DNA of 64,000 nucleotides, taken from Spirochaetaceae bacterium (lineage in GTDB: Bacteria > Spirochaetota > Spirochaetia > Treponematales > Treponemataceae). A program made the translations under genes and the position numbers. Positions 9,509 through 20,469 of this stretch are shown one piece after another (position 1 is the stretch's first letter; every line of letters starts with the position of its first letter). Location: contig JAGARN010000001.1 in assembly GCA_017622235.1 (NCBI GenBank), positions 1,238-65,237 of the forward strand. The letters are read 5' to 3'. Below the pieces are notes generated by a model. The model was not told where the DNA came from. It did no database searches and saw only the letters and a list, made by a program, of their open reading frames with translations.

Positions 9509-11462
9509 GAACCTGCTTTGTTATAGAAGCATCAGGTGCTTCGTACTTTCCACGCCGTACAAATCCGTTTTCGTAGAAGAAAGTAACACTTTTTACATCT
9601 GCCCTAATTTCGTCTTTCACATCACGAACAAATACTTTAACACCAGCATAAACCGTTCCTGAAACAGAAACCTTACCTATCGCTTTAAGTTCATGTAACC
9701 TTTCCGTTACCTCTTGCAATTCTTTTTCTGTATTGGCAATTTCTGTAACAATTTCTTCTTTACGATTGCATAGGTTGGTTAAACTCTCTTCTTTTTCTGC
9801 AGAAAGAGAACGACGAACCTTTTTCATATTATCCAAAGTTTGGATATTCAAATTCGTTTCTTCTAGCTCTTTTGTAAGAGCATCTTTTGCTTCTGCAAGA
9901 ACAATCATTCTCTGCTTAAGTTGCGGGTCAAACCCAACTTCTAAGACTGTTTCGCTACCACCACCACTACTACCAACAGTTTTAGCACTTATTTCTTCTG
10001 TAGCAAACAAATGGCCACCAATAATAGATGCACGCTTACCCTGCAACATAATACGTTTTTTAGCTGTTACATTAGAGTTTATAATACCGTCCGCAACTAT
10101 AACATAATCTTCAACTGTAACCGAAGTATTTTGAATAAACTTTGCCCAAAGAGACTTGCCAGCAATAACTACACCTTCGTCACGCCCCATTATTCCTAAA
10201 GAAACAATTATGTTACCGTCTGCGATTAAAGAACTTCTTCCAACAGTACCGTAAACTTCTATATTACCCGAAGCCTTAATATTGAATCCATCGTCAACAT
10301 TTCCTTTGACAATAACGGTTCCAAGGAATGTAATATTACCTGTTTTAATTGAAACATCACCCTCAATTTCCATTACAGGTTCAACATTAATTTTATCTCC
10401 AACAAGCAATACTTGACCATTACAAGCAGCAAGAATCGTTCTTCCGTCTGAATCCATTACAACGTTTTTACCTAAAGGAAGATTAATATCCCTGCCGTTT
10501 TTTGCCTCAAGGTAGCGACCAAACAAAGTTTTGCCACCCTTTCCTCTTTCCGCAGGAATTTTCTGTGCTAAAGGTTGCCCTTCCACCACGTTTTGAATTA
10601 GATTTAACTCTTTAAAGTTCACCTGACCTGTCGCAGATTCTTGCATCCTTAACTTAGAACGATCAGTTTCAAAATTATAGGAAATATAAGCATCTCTTCC
10701 ATCTACAGGTTTTATAGCTTCTGCAACAACGGCAGGAATTCCATACACTGGGCGATCAACAAAATCTTCTATCTTTTGGTTATCAATACCAGCAATAACT
10801 CCCTGGGTCTCTAAAGCACGAATAATAGACTCTGGCGAAATTTCCGCACCTCCAACAGCAGGTGCTGTAGCAGTAATTGTTGCTTGCATTTCATCATGCG
10901 AAACATCTATAACAAAACTAGCATCCGAAGCAGGTGTATGCTGATATGTACCAATGTTTTCATAAACACCACCTGTTCCATTTTGCGTATACTTTTTTAT
11001 TAGGTTTTCATCGATGGAAGTTGTATCAGAACGATGCAACCTACCTGAAATTTCTTGTGGATTTACTCTTTTACCTTCACCAACTGGTAATATAACTTTA
11101 AGCATAATATCAGAATCAAAATAGCGTATAAAGAATTCTCCATCTTTATTCTGAGCTTCCATTGAATCTGCATCATCGGACATAAAGATATCATCATCAC
11201 CCCTTGCCTTTTTGGATTTCCGTGATAATTCAACATTTTCGTAAACACGAACAAGCCATGGATGATTTGCAATGCCAAGAAATCCTGAAAAACCTTTCTC
11301 TAAAACTTCATATTCAAGATTCGAAACCTTTGTACCAAGTTGAACAGCTGCATCTGCCAATGCCTCTTCAAGAGAATCAGCACGAACTTCTACACAGTTT
11401 AAGGATTTATCAATTTGAAGCTGCTCCTCTAAATCAGCACGAATCTTGTCCAGTTTTACCAC
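9486..11462 (-). CDS. FapA/DUF342 family protein with N-terminal Jag_N-like domain
   Basis: VEVRADSLEEALADAA..LEYEVLEKG (Jag_N-like). GNITFLGTVIVKGNV beta-helix repeats typical of DUF342. Confidence 0.85.
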   Translation of the reverse strand: MVKLDKIRADLEEQLQIDKSLNCVEVRADSLEEALADAAVQLGTKVSNLEYEVLEKGFSGFLGIANHPWLVRVYENVELSRKSKKARGDDDIFMSDDADSMEAQNKDGEFFIRYFDSDIMLKVILPVGEGKRVNPQEISGRLHRSDTTSIDENLIKKYTQNGTGGVYENIGTYQHTPASDASFVIDVSHDEMQATITATAPAVGGAEISPESIIRALETQGVIAGIDNQKIEDFVDRPVYGIPAVVAEAIKPVDGRDAYISYNFETDRSKLRMQESATGQVNFKELNLIQNVVEGQPLAQKIPAERGKGGKTLFGRYLEAKNGRDINLPLGKNVVMDSDGRTILAACNGQVLLVGDKINVEPVMEIEGDVSIKTGNITFLGTVIVKGNVDDGFNIKASGNIEVYGTVGRSSLIADGNIIVSLGIMGRDEGVVIAGKSLWAKFIQNTSVTVEDYVIVADGIINSNVTAKKRIMLQGKRASIIGGHLFATEEISAKTVGSSGGGSETVLEVGFDPQLKQRMIVLAEAKDALTKELEETNLNIQTLDNMKKVRRSLSAEKEESLTNLCNRKEEIVTEIANTEKELQEVTERLHELKAIGKVSVSGTVYAGVKVFVRDVKDEIRADVKSVTFFYENGFVRRGKYEAPDASITKQVLDGYSSN

Positions 11463-11472
11463 AATAATACCC

Positions 11473-12270
11473 TTACATAATACCTTTTCGTATATTAGTC
11501 AACTTAGCACGCAAACGCATATTAGCCTTTGTATGCAACTGTGAAATTCTTGATTCACTTACATTTAGAACTTGACCTATTTCTTTAAAAGTTAAATCTT
11601 CGTGATAATACAAAACAAGTACCATTTTTTCTTTTTTTGGAAGTTCTTTTATTGACTCAATTATAATTCGACGAATTTCTTCCCTTTCAACAATAACATC
11701 GGGATTAAAACTTGAAGGAGATTCAATACTATCGCCTATTGAAACATGATCTGAATCATCACCGGAATACCAAACATCATCCAAAGACAAAACACTAGTA
11801 CCAGAAACTCGCATTATATTTTGCTGAAATTCTTCTTCGCTTATTCCCATAGAAGCAGCAATCTCTGCATCCGTAGCTGGACGCCCAAGCCTTGACTCAA
11901 CATCAACTATAGCGTCTTCTATTTCTCTGGCTTTTTGCCTTACCGAACGTGGAACCCAATCTAGCACTCTAAGTTCATCAATTATTGAACCACGTATACG
12001 AGTAACTGCATAAGTTTTGAATTTTACATTTTTCTCTGGATCATACTTATTTATAGCATCCAACAAACCAAACTGTCCAAATCCAACTAAATCATCAAAC
12101 TCTACGCTACCAGGCATCCCATTAGCCAACTTACCAGCAACATACTTTACAAGAGGCATATACTTACGAATAAAAGCATCCCTTAATTGCGGCGAACGAG
12201 TTTTTTTGAATTCCAACCAAAGTTCATCTTCTGTTTTTTCATCAATAATCGAAGCAGCCATATACTCCAC
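11473..12270 (-). CDS. fliA: RNA polymerase sigma-28 factor (FliA/WhiG)
   Basis: FKTYAVTRIRGSIIDELRVLDWVPRSVR and LTFKEIGQVLNVSESRISQLH. Confidence 0.96.
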   Translation of the reverse strand: MEYMAASIIDEKTEDELWLEFKKTRSPQLRDAFIRKYMPLVKYVAGKLANGMPGSVEFDDLVGFGQFGLLDAINKYDPEKNVKFKTYAVTRIRGSIIDELRVLDWVPRSVRQKAREIEDAIVDVESRLGRPATDAEIAASMGISEEEFQQNIMRVSGTSVLSLDDVWYSGDDSDHVSIGDSIESPSSFNPDVIVEREEIRRIIIESIKELPKKEKMVLVLYYHEDLTFKEIGQVLNVSESRISQLHTKANMRLRAKLTNIRKGIM

Positions 12271-12279
12271 ACCCTTATC

Positions 12280-12978
12280 TTAGCTGTCTTTTGATAGCAC
12301 TGTTTTTATAGCCTTAGCTATTGTGTCGGTATCCATTACACCAGTACCATCATCCCTTCGTGAAGAAGTAACTGTGTCTGGCATTCCCGCCGTAGCAAAC
12401 TCTGTGTTTTCAAGTACAGGAGCCTCTGAAGTAGCTGAACTAACTTCAAAATCACCTATGTCTGGTAGCACATCAAGGCTATCAGTTGAAATTTCACCAG
12501 AATCTTGAGCCGCCATAGCATCAAGTGCAACTGGTTTAAAAGGTTCAACCTTAGCAGAGGATCCAGGTACAACAGACTGGGGAGAGCTAGTTTCAACTTT
12601 GTCCGCAACAACTTCTGCTTTACTTATGCTTTCTTCTGATACAACAGAGTCTTTTGCAGAAACAGAAACCTCTGAACTAACATAAAAGTCCGGACCGTTT
12701 TCATCATCTGGTAAAGGTTCATCACCAATGGAAATATCCACAATAGAACCAGTTCTAGGTGGGCGGGATGAATCCTGTACATTATCTGTGTCTATTGCAA
12801 GTGCAAGAAAATGCTTAAAAATAAATGACACGACAAAAGCTATCGCACCAAAAATTAAAGCAATAATTAATCCTCGCAGCAAGGCAATTCCTATAGAAAC
12901 CCCAGCCACCATACCGACAACAAAGGATAGCACAAACCCTACAGCAACGATAACACACATAACCTTAGGGTTTATCAT
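12280..12978 (-). CDS. Hypothetical membrane protein (2 N-terminal TMs, acidic linker), first gene of fliA operon
   Basis: ORF with AGGAGG SD; C-terminal DTIAKAIKTVL. Confidence 0.7.
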   Translation of the reverse strand: MINPKVMCVIVAVGFVLSFVVGMVAGVSIGIALLRGLIIALIFGAIAFVVSFIFKHFLALAIDTDNVQDSSRPPRTGSIVDISIGDEPLPDDENGPDFYVSSEVSVSAKDSVVSEESISKAEVVADKVETSSPQSVVPGSSAKVEPFKPVALDAMAAQDSGEISTDSLDVLPDIGDFEVSSATSEAPVLENTEFATAGMPDTVTSSRRDDGTGVMDTDTIAKAIKTVLSKDS

Positions 12979-12996
12979 ACAAATCCTCCTTGTATC

Positions 12997-13025
12997 ATTT
13001 TAAGGCAAAAAACTTATAAGGTCAA
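12997..13025 (-). promoter_or_regulatory. sigma70 promoter of hyp-fliA-fapA operon
   Basis: TTGACC-17nt-TAAAAT on the minus strand. Confidence 0.65.
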
Positions 13026-13143
13026 GCAATTTTTTCTGATACATTCATGGTGGACATGAGTTACTTTCACATTAATCAAAAATACCAAAATGCAAAAATA
13101 CTTTTTTCTTGCTTGATATAAATTTCAGGTTTATAATATAGCT

Positions 13144-14796
13144 ATGAAAACTTTTACACTTACTTTTCCAGACGGTTCATCATTAAAATCAGAGTCTGCA
13201 GTTTCAGTTTTGACTATCCTTGACAGACTTGGAGCACCTAAAAACAAAATTCTTGCAGTACGAATTAACAACGACATTTGTTCTCTTTCTACTGAAATAG
13301 ATGTAAATGCGGAACTTGAGCCTATCCTTGTTGGCAGCCGTAAATGTTCAGATATATATCGACGTTCACTGTGTTTTGTGTTAGCAGCTGCAGCAAATTC
13401 ATGCTTCCCGGAGACAAGATTGCTTGTAGGCCACAGCCTTGGTTATAGCTACTACTACACACTTGAAACAGGGGTTCCAATAACAAAACAAGACATAGAT
13501 AAATTAAGTAGCAAAATGAAAGAACTTGTAGAACAAGACATTGTAATCCAGCAAGATTCTTTATCATATACAGATACACTTGAAATGTTAAAAAAAGCAC
13601 CTCAAACTGGAACTGTTAAGCAACTAAAATTTACTTGCCCCCCAAAATTTAAAGTAAACAGACTAGGTGATTTTTGCGACCTTTATTTTGAACCCCTTGT
13701 GTATTCTACCGGAGTTCTTAAACAGTTTGACCTTATGCCTTATGGAAAAGGTTTTTTATTGAGATTCCCTTCTACCGCAGAACCAGATAAACTTTCAGAT
13801 TTTAAGGACATTCCTCAATTATTTTCTGTGTACGAACGATACAAAAACTGGGGCAAACAAGTTGGTGTAACTTCTGCAGCAGATTTAAATGAACTTATCC
13901 ACACACGTAAAACAGGAGAGTTTATTGACATTGTAGAAACTTTTCAACAAAAATGTATTGCCGACATTGCAGATATGATTCATAATCGTGGCAATGTGAA
14001 AGTGGTACTTATCGCAGGTCCCTCTAGCTCCGGAAAAACTACTACCTCAAAAAAGCTTTCTTTACAACTTCGTGCTATTGGATACAAGCCAAAAGTAATT
14101 GAACTAGATACATATTATGTTGAACGAGACAAAACACCTCTTGATGCAGATGGCAAGTATGATTATGAATGTCTTGAAGCTTTAGATATAAAACAGTTGA
14201 ACCAAGATTTAACAGATTTATTTAACGGAAAAGAAATAAAACTGCCAACTTACGATTTTACAGAAGGAAAAAGAATTTACACCGGAAAGACTATGAATCT
14301 TGAAGAAAAAGATATATTAGTTCTTGAAGGAATCCATGGACTAAACGACAAACTTACGCCTCTTGTTCCAGCAGAATACAAGTTTAAGATATACCTTTCT
14401 GCTTTAACTCAGTTGAACTTAGATGATTTGAATCGAATTCCAACTAGTGACAACCGTCTTATCCGAAGAATTGTTAGAGATTCACAGTTTAGAGGAAAAT
14501 CTGCAGCAGATACAATCTCTATGTGGGATAGCGTTCAACGTGGGGAAAGACTACACATCTTTCCATTCCAAAACAATGCTGACGTAATGCTTAATACCGC
14601 TTTAGACTATGAACTGCCCGTACTTAAAGTATATGCTGAGCCTTTGTTGCGGTGTGTAAATCCTACACAACAAGAATACGCAGAAGCTTCACGACTTTTA
14701 CGGCTACTCAATCATTTTTCGCCAATTCCAGCTAACAATGTACCAGGACGATCTATAATTCGAGAATTTATTGGCGGTAGCGAGTTTAAATATTAA
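13144..14796 (+). CDS. udk: Uridine/nucleoside kinase with N-terminal TGS/ThrRS-like domain
   Basis: ThrRS-like N-terminus (YRRSLCFVL), Walker A IAGPSSSGKTT, LEGIHGLN, NRLIRRIVRD. Confidence 0.88.
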   Translation: MKTFTLTFPDGSSLKSESAVSVLTILDRLGAPKNKILAVRINNDICSLSTEIDVNAELEPILVGSRKCSDIYRRSLCFVLAAAANSCFPETRLLVGHSLGYSYYYTLETGVPITKQDIDKLSSKMKELVEQDIVIQQDSLSYTDTLEMLKKAPQTGTVKQLKFTCPPKFKVNRLGDFCDLYFEPLVYSTGVLKQFDLMPYGKGFLLRFPSTAEPDKLSDFKDIPQLFSVYERYKNWGKQVGVTSAADLNELIHTRKTGEFIDIVETFQQKCIADIADMIHNRGNVKVVLIAGPSSSGKTTTSKKLSLQLRAIGYKPKVIELDTYYVERDKTPLDADGKYDYECLEALDIKQLNQDLTDLFNGKEIKLPTYDFTEGKRIYTGKTMNLEEKDILVLEGIHGLNDKLTPLVPAEYKFKIYLSALTQLNLDDLNRIPTSDNRLIRRIVRDSQFRGKSAADTISMWDSVQRGERLHIFPFQNNADVMLNTALDYELPVLKVYAEPLLRCVNPTQQEYAEASRLLRLLNHFSPIPANNVPGRSIIREFIGGSEFKY

Positions 14797-14801
14797 ATCA
14801 A

Positions 14802-15230
14802 TTATTGAATAATCCGATATCGTGATGTGGTAAGATCATCAGATACAACATCTTCAATCTGTTGGTTTTCACGTTTATAGGTAGCAAACTGCTTTTCTTT
14901 AAGTTTAGAAAGCACTTTGCGGTTTTTCATTGCCTCTGCAAAAATTGTGCGTTTTTTTTCTGCTACAAGTTGTGCAGCCGCTAATTCTTCTAGCAATTTG
15001 TCTCGGTTTGCGTCAAGGCGAAAAATATAGCGTTCATTTGTAATCATATCGTAAACATCGGAATTGTTGCAAACTTGAACCATACGCAATCTTTCAGCAG
15101 CAATAACCTCTAATTCTTGTTGAATTCGGTTTACCTCTGCAACTGCTTTTCCTAGTTCAATTTGTGCTTGTTTTTCTTCAAATTCTCGTAAATCCAAGAT
15201 TTTTTGCATAGAAAAAACAAATTTTTTCAC
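14802..15230 (-). CDS. fliJ: Flagellar export protein FliJ
   Basis: MKKFVFSMQKILDLRE coiled coil immediately after fliI. Confidence 0.88.
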   Translation of the reverse strand: MKKFVFSMQKILDLREFEEKQAQIELGKAVAEVNRIQQELEVIAAERLRMVQVCNNSDVYDMITNERYIFRLDANRDKLLEELAAAQLVAEKKRTIFAEAMKNRKVLSKLKEKQFATYKRENQQIEDVVSDDLTTSRYRIIQ

Positions 15231-15279
15231 GTCTTTACACTCTGATTAGCTTTTATAGAAATAAATTTCACTCTTATGA

Positions 15280-16623
15280 TTATTGATATTCTTCAGCAGG
15301 AATATCAACCCCTGCAATTTGCCCAAGACGAACTAAAGTATCTTCTAAAGGAGCTGGTGCAAATTCATCTTGAATTAAAAAATCTTCTATAGCTTGATGC
15401 GAATCAATGGCAGCATCTATAGCTGGCGAAGATCCCCTTTGATACGCTCCTACAGTAATCATATCTTCATTCTCTGCATAAGTTGACATTTTCCGGCGAA
15501 TCTGCATAACAGCCAATTGGGTTTGCTCCCCAGAAACACGCTTTGAAAGACGGCTAATACTTCCAAGAACATCAATAGCCGGGAAATGAGCTGCCTGAGC
15601 CAACTTGCGACTTAGCACAATATGTCCATCTAAAGTTCCTCTCACTTTATCTGAAATCGGCTCATCCATGTCGTCACCATCTACAAGAACAGTATAGAAG
15701 CCTGTAATTGTTCCCTTTTTACTTGTTCCGCTACGCTCCAGTAACTTAGGCAACAAATCAAACACACTAGGAGGATAACCACGTTGAGCGGGAGGTTCTC
15801 CTGCTGCAAGCCCGATTTCACGTTGTGCATGAGCAAAGCGAGTTACAGAATCGAACATAAGCATAACATCTCGTCCTTGGTCACGAAAATATTCTGCTAC
15901 AGCAGTTGCAGTATATGCAGCTCTTAATCTTGCTATTGAAGGCTGATCAGAAGTTGCAACTACTAAAACCGAACGTTTTAGACCTTCTTCACCTAAATCA
16001 CGCTGAATAAAATCTATAACTTCTCGGCCGCGCTCTCCCACAAGAGCAATTACATTAACATCAGCATTAGTATTACGAGCAATCATACTAAGCAACGTGG
16101 ATTTTCCAACACCAGAACCTGCAAATATACCAAGACGCTGCCCTTTAGCAACAGCTAAGAGAGAATCTATAGCTCTAACTCCTGTAATAATACGCTCAGA
16201 AACTTGGCGACGCTCTAGTGGTGATGGCGGAGAAGCAATAGCTGGATAATATGTATCTGTAACAATATCGCTTTTTCCATCGTAGGATTTGCCAGTAGCA
16301 TCTATGACACGTCCTAAAAGGTCGTTACTTACTGCAACCTGAAGCACATGACCAGAAGCCACAACTTGACAGCCAATTTCTATACCTTTAGTTTCACCGT
16401 ATGCCATAAGTTGCACTGTCGTACCAGAAAGACCAACAACTTCTGCCATAACGCTTTCATTACCACGCATCAATTTGATAATACACATTTCACCAATAAC
16501 AGAGCGTGGTCCTTTGCTTTCTATAAGCATACCCTTTACAGCCGTTACAGAGCCTGTGTAGAGAATTGTTTCTGTTTTTTTTACTGTGGAAATATATTTA
16601 TCAAAAAAAGAGGCCATACCCAC
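15280..16623 (-). CDS. fliI: Flagellar export ATPase FliI
   Basis: GQRLGIFAGSGVGKSTLL, GERGREV, DSVTRFAHAQREIG. Confidence 0.96.
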   Translation of the reverse strand: MGMASFFDKYISTVKKTETILYTGSVTAVKGMLIESKGPRSVIGEMCIIKLMRGNESVMAEVVGLSGTTVQLMAYGETKGIEIGCQVVASGHVLQVAVSNDLLGRVIDATGKSYDGKSDIVTDTYYPAIASPPSPLERRQVSERIITGVRAIDSLLAVAKGQRLGIFAGSGVGKSTLLSMIARNTNADVNVIALVGERGREVIDFIQRDLGEEGLKRSVLVVATSDQPSIARLRAAYTATAVAEYFRDQGRDVMLMFDSVTRFAHAQREIGLAAGEPPAQRGYPPSVFDLLPKLLERSGTSKKGTITGFYTVLVDGDDMDEPISDKVRGTLDGHIVLSRKLAQAAHFPAIDVLGSISRLSKRVSGEQTQLAVMQIRRKMSTYAENEDMITVGAYQRGSSPAIDAAIDSHQAIEDFLIQDEFAPAPLEDTLVRLGQIAGVDIPAEEYQ

Positions 16624-16632
16624 CCGCCTTTT

Positions 16633-17568
16633 CTATGTATTTGAATCTAAGGCACTGGATTTGGTAACAGTTTTTATAGGAGAAATCTCTAAAACCTTTT
16701 GCTCAAGTTCCGCTAGTTGGCTAGAAATTCTTGCGTCTATAGAACCAAAATCAGTTTCAACAATACAACCACCTCGGTCTATGGATGAATCTTCCATTAT
16801 GGTTAAGTTTTTGATATTTTCTACAGAATTCATAAATTCTTTTGTATGCTCAGTGGTAAGTTTCAAATCCGCAAGATTCACACGAACCGTTACATCACCT
16901 CTACCCTTTACTTTACGTAAAGCTTGAAGGACATTCGACATAACAACATTACGCTGATTTTCAGAAATAATCTTGACAATTTTACGTGTCATAAGCAACA
17001 CAAGTTCTACAATTTGTTGTTCCGTGCTATCAAGAATCTCTTGGCGTTTATCCATAACACGATCTAAAATAACATGAAGTCTGTCAATAAGACGTTCTGC
17101 TTCTTGGTTACCCTCTTTAAAGCCGTTTTCACGCCCTTCCTCAAACCCAGCATTATATGCATCATTCTTTATCTTTTCTCTTTGAGCTTCTGCATCTGCA
17201 ACTATAGAGGCTGCCTGATCTTGAGCAGATTTTAATATTTCTTCTGCCTTCTTATCTGCATCAGATTTTATAACTTGAGCTTGGTCAGACTGTCGCTTAA
17301 CCTGTTCAAAGGCAGCCTGCTCTGCTTTTGCAACGATAGCATCCGCATCTGCCTGTGCCTTAGCTAACATCTGCTGTTTTTCAGCTTCCCATTGCACACG
17401 AAATTCTTCTGCTTCACGACGTAGGTCTTCAGCAGTAGGACCTGTATACTCAGGTTCAAGTTCTTCTTCAGTTTCTTCTACTTCTGGCTCAAAGCTATGG
17501 GGTAGCTTAAGCATAACCTTGTCTTCAACATTTTTGATTTCACCAGGTCTGAATACTGTCTTTGCCAT
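16633..17568 (-). CDS. fliH: Flagellar assembly protein FliH
   Basis: GxxxG repeats (AGFEEGRENGFKEG), GGCIVETDFGSIDARI. Confidence 0.95.
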   Translation of the reverse strand: MAKTVFRPGEIKNVEDKVMLKLPHSFEPEVEETEEELEPEYTGPTAEDLRREAEEFRVQWEAEKQQMLAKAQADADAIVAKAEQAAFEQVKRQSDQAQVIKSDADKKAEEILKSAQDQAASIVADAEAQREKIKNDAYNAGFEEGRENGFKEGNQEAERLIDRLHVILDRVMDKRQEILDSTEQQIVELVLLMTRKIVKIISENQRNVVMSNVLQALRKVKGRGDVTVRVNLADLKLTTEHTKEFMNSVENIKNLTIMEDSSIDRGGCIVETDFGSIDARISSQLAELEQKVLEISPIKTVTKSSALDSNT

Positions 17569-17571
17569 AAA

Positions 17572-18630
17572 TTATACCACCAATTCATCTTCGCCAGAGC
17601 GGGCAATAACGATTTCACCAGAATCTTCAAGACGGCGGATTGTAGATACAATCTTCTGCTGAGCTTCTTCAACGTCTTTCAAACGAACAGGTCCCATAAA
17701 TTCCATATCCTCTTTAAGCATACTTGCGGCACGCTTTGACATATTGCGGAAAATCTTGTCTTGAACCTCTGTATCCACAGACTTGAGTGCTTTTGCAAGT
17801 TCTTGTGCGTCTACTTCTCGCATAACTTTTTGTATAGCACGGTCGTCCAGCATAACGATATCTTCGAATACGAACATTCGCTTTTTGATTTCTTCTGCCA
17901 AATCCGGATCTTCTTCTTCCAAAGATTCGATAATAGATTTTTCGGAAGAACGATCAACAAGGTTAAGGATTTCTACGATGCTTTCAACACCACCAGCTGC
18001 TGTGTAGTCTTCGCTAGACAATGTTGAAAGTTTCTTTTCAAGAACACGTTCTACTTCCCGCAAAACATCTGGAGAAGTTCTGTCCATAGTTGCAATTCGT
18101 TTTGCAACTTCACTTTGAATTTCATCAGGCAAATTCTGCAAAATAACAGATGCTTTATTCGGCTCAAGATAAGCTAAAATCAAAGCTATAGTTTGTGGAT
18201 ATTCCTGTTGAATAAAGTTCAAAAGGTGAGCCGGGTCTGTACGACGAATAAAATCAAAGGGTCTAACCTGCAATGAGCTAGTAAGCCTGTTGATAATGTC
18301 TATAGCCTTCTGGCTACCAAGAGATTTTTCGAGAACTTCACGAGCATAATCAATACCACCAGATGTGATAAAGTTTTGTGCTGCCATCAAATCTTGAAAT
18401 TCTTCTAAAACCGCATCTTTTATTTCTGAATCAATATTCTCTAAACGTGCAATCTCAAAGGTAAGGGTTTCAATTTCATCTTCTCTAAGATGCTTGAATA
18501 TATCAGATGAAACTTCCGAACCCAAAGATACAAGAAAGATTGCTGCCTTTTGACGACCAGTAAGGTTTTTGAACTCTTTGCTCTTTTTACTGCTGGTAGA
18601 AGTTGATTTTGCTTTTGCTTGTTCAGCCAT
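17572..18630 (-). CDS. fliG: Flagellar motor switch protein FliG
   Basis: LTGRQKAAIFL, EYPQTIALIL, MFVFEDI, NMSKRAA. Confidence 0.97.
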   Translation of the reverse strand: MAEQAKAKSTSTSSKKSKEFKNLTGRQKAAIFLVSLGSEVSSDIFKHLREDEIETLTFEIARLENIDSEIKDAVLEEFQDLMAAQNFITSGGIDYAREVLEKSLGSQKAIDIINRLTSSLQVRPFDFIRRTDPAHLLNFIQQEYPQTIALILAYLEPNKASVILQNLPDEIQSEVAKRIATMDRTSPDVLREVERVLEKKLSTLSSEDYTAAGGVESIVEILNLVDRSSEKSIIESLEEEDPDLAEEIKKRMFVFEDIVMLDDRAIQKVMREVDAQELAKALKSVDTEVQDKIFRNMSKRAASMLKEDMEFMGPVRLKDVEEAQQKIVSTIRRLEDSGEIVIARSGEDELVV

Positions 18631-18631
18631 T

Positions 18632-20341
18632 TTATTCCTCCATCAGCCATGTGCGTATGAGCATGGCCACATCCTCTGGGTGTTCTTTTGCCATCATAAT
18701 TGCATTTTCTTGAAGCTCAGCACGATGCCGTTCTTCTACAGACATTGTAACATCCATACCAGCTTGGTCTGCTTCCATAAGAAGTCTTTCCCGTTCCAAC
18801 TGAGCTTGACGAAGCTGTTCTTCTTGTCGCAACCGACGACGTCTTTCCAACTCTCGACTGATAAAACGGAATACCATAAAAGCCAAAAGCACAGCCGCAA
18901 CACAAGCGATTGAAATAAGAATCGTAGTACGCTGATTTCTAGCACGAATAAACTTTGCGTCTTCTTCTGCAAACTGAGCACTTCGGTCATATTGAATATT
19001 TTGTACCGTAACAAAATCTCCACGGTCAGCATTATATCCGATAGCACCTTGAACTAAAAGAATTGCACTTTCTAACAGCTCTGGTGGCACAGGAACATAC
19101 TGACGTTGAATTGTACCGTTGGGATTTATCATAAGTTGCCCAGTTTCTTCGTCATATAATTTATCCCAAGTACCGTCTATGTTTACAGAAACTGTTACTC
19201 TATCGATAGAAGGACTACGTTCCTGCTGATATTCCATTGTATTAATTACGTTATTTTGCCTAACTCCCGTTTCTTCCGAAGTACCATATAGATTTGACAT
19301 ATCTGAATAAACAGGTGGATTTTGACCCTCTACTCCCGCAGGACCTTCTGGATTATAACCTGTTCCTGTCCAAACTCTAGTAACGGTTTCAGAAGAAATA
19401 GGCAAAAAATCACGATATTCCGAATCATCGTAAGGAGTATTTCTGTTATCTTCTCTAATAGTTATAGGACTATATTCCACGCCAGATTCTTGACGAGTAG
19501 ACATATCCATATCTATTTTTATGTTCAAGTCTCGAACACGATCTTCGCTAAAGATTACCTGTAAAGACTTAAGAATATCTGCTCGATACTTCATCTCTAA
19601 CTGGGCAATAAGTTTTTGTTCCTTTGCGATTATATCGACACGCTCACTAGCTTCCATACCAGCAAAATCGTTTATAATGTTGCCAGAAGAATCCGCAATG
19701 GTAATATTTTCTTCTTGAAGCCCTTGAACAGCTTTTAAGAGTAATTTTTGAATACCTTGAATCTTTTTTTTGTTTGTTGTTATATCGCTACCTGGCTTAG
19801 GATAAATTATTACACTAGCTGTGGTGGGGTCTTGTTCTGAAGCAAAGGTTGCTCGCTCTGGAATAGTAAGCACCACATTAGCATTATCAACATCATCAAG
19901 GGCTTCAATGTGTTGAGTAACCATCTGAGTTATTGAACGCTGAAGATTTACATTACGCTCAAAATCTGTGGTCGTCCAACGCTCTGTATCAAACAAAGCC
20001 CAAGGATCTACACTAGAAGGAACTAAATCTTCTCGAATTAAGACTGCACGCATTCTGCGAGCTGTAGCTTCATCTGGAACAGATATTATACCAGAAGCAC
20101 TTACAGATGCGTCTACGTTTTCTTCCGCCAAACGAAACAGGATATTGTCCAGAACGGTAGTATCAGTTATTGCAACATTAAAAAGTGGTGTAGTACTTGG
20201 CGAAGCTGAAAACCGCATCAAAAGCACAAAAGCCAGAACTACCGCCGCAACTATAGCAAAGAGTATGATTTTTTGAACCAAAGACCACTTAGCCCAGAGT
20301 CCTTTTACAGATGAAACAAGCTTTTTAAGCCATTCGTTCAT
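18632..20341 (-). CDS. fliF: Flagellar MS-ring protein FliF
   Basis: Two TMs flanking periplasmic ring domains; position between fliE and fliG. Confidence 0.95.
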   Translation of the reverse strand: MNEWLKKLVSSVKGLWAKWSLVQKIILFAIVAAVVLAFVLLMRFSASPSTTPLFNVAITDTTVLDNILFRLAEENVDASVSASGIISVPDEATARRMRAVLIREDLVPSSVDPWALFDTERWTTTDFERNVNLQRSITQMVTQHIEALDDVDNANVVLTIPERATFASEQDPTTASVIIYPKPGSDITTNKKKIQGIQKLLLKAVQGLQEENITIADSSGNIINDFAGMEASERVDIIAKEQKLIAQLEMKYRADILKSLQVIFSEDRVRDLNIKIDMDMSTRQESGVEYSPITIREDNRNTPYDDSEYRDFLPISSETVTRVWTGTGYNPEGPAGVEGQNPPVYSDMSNLYGTSEETGVRQNNVINTMEYQQERSPSIDRVTVSVNIDGTWDKLYDEETGQLMINPNGTIQRQYVPVPPELLESAILLVQGAIGYNADRGDFVTVQNIQYDRSAQFAEEDAKFIRARNQRTTILISIACVAAVLLAFMVFRFISRELERRRRLRQEEQLRQAQLERERLLMEADQAGMDVTMSVEERHRAELQENAIMMAKEHPEDVAMLIRTWLMEE

Positions 20342-20399
20342 TTATACCTCCCATAGGAGAGATTCCCCTCCAACGAACGAACCGATAACAATTCAAAAC

Positions 20400-20428
20400 A
20401 TTGTAACATATAATTTTTATACTGACAA
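20400..20428 (-). promoter_or_regulatory. Internal sigma70 promoter upstream of fliF
   Basis: TTGTCA-17nt-TACAAT with extended TG in the 128-bp fliE-fliF gap. Confidence 0.6.
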
Positions 20429-20469
20429 GGTTTTAAATACAGCCTTGCTCAAAATATATAGCAATTTTA

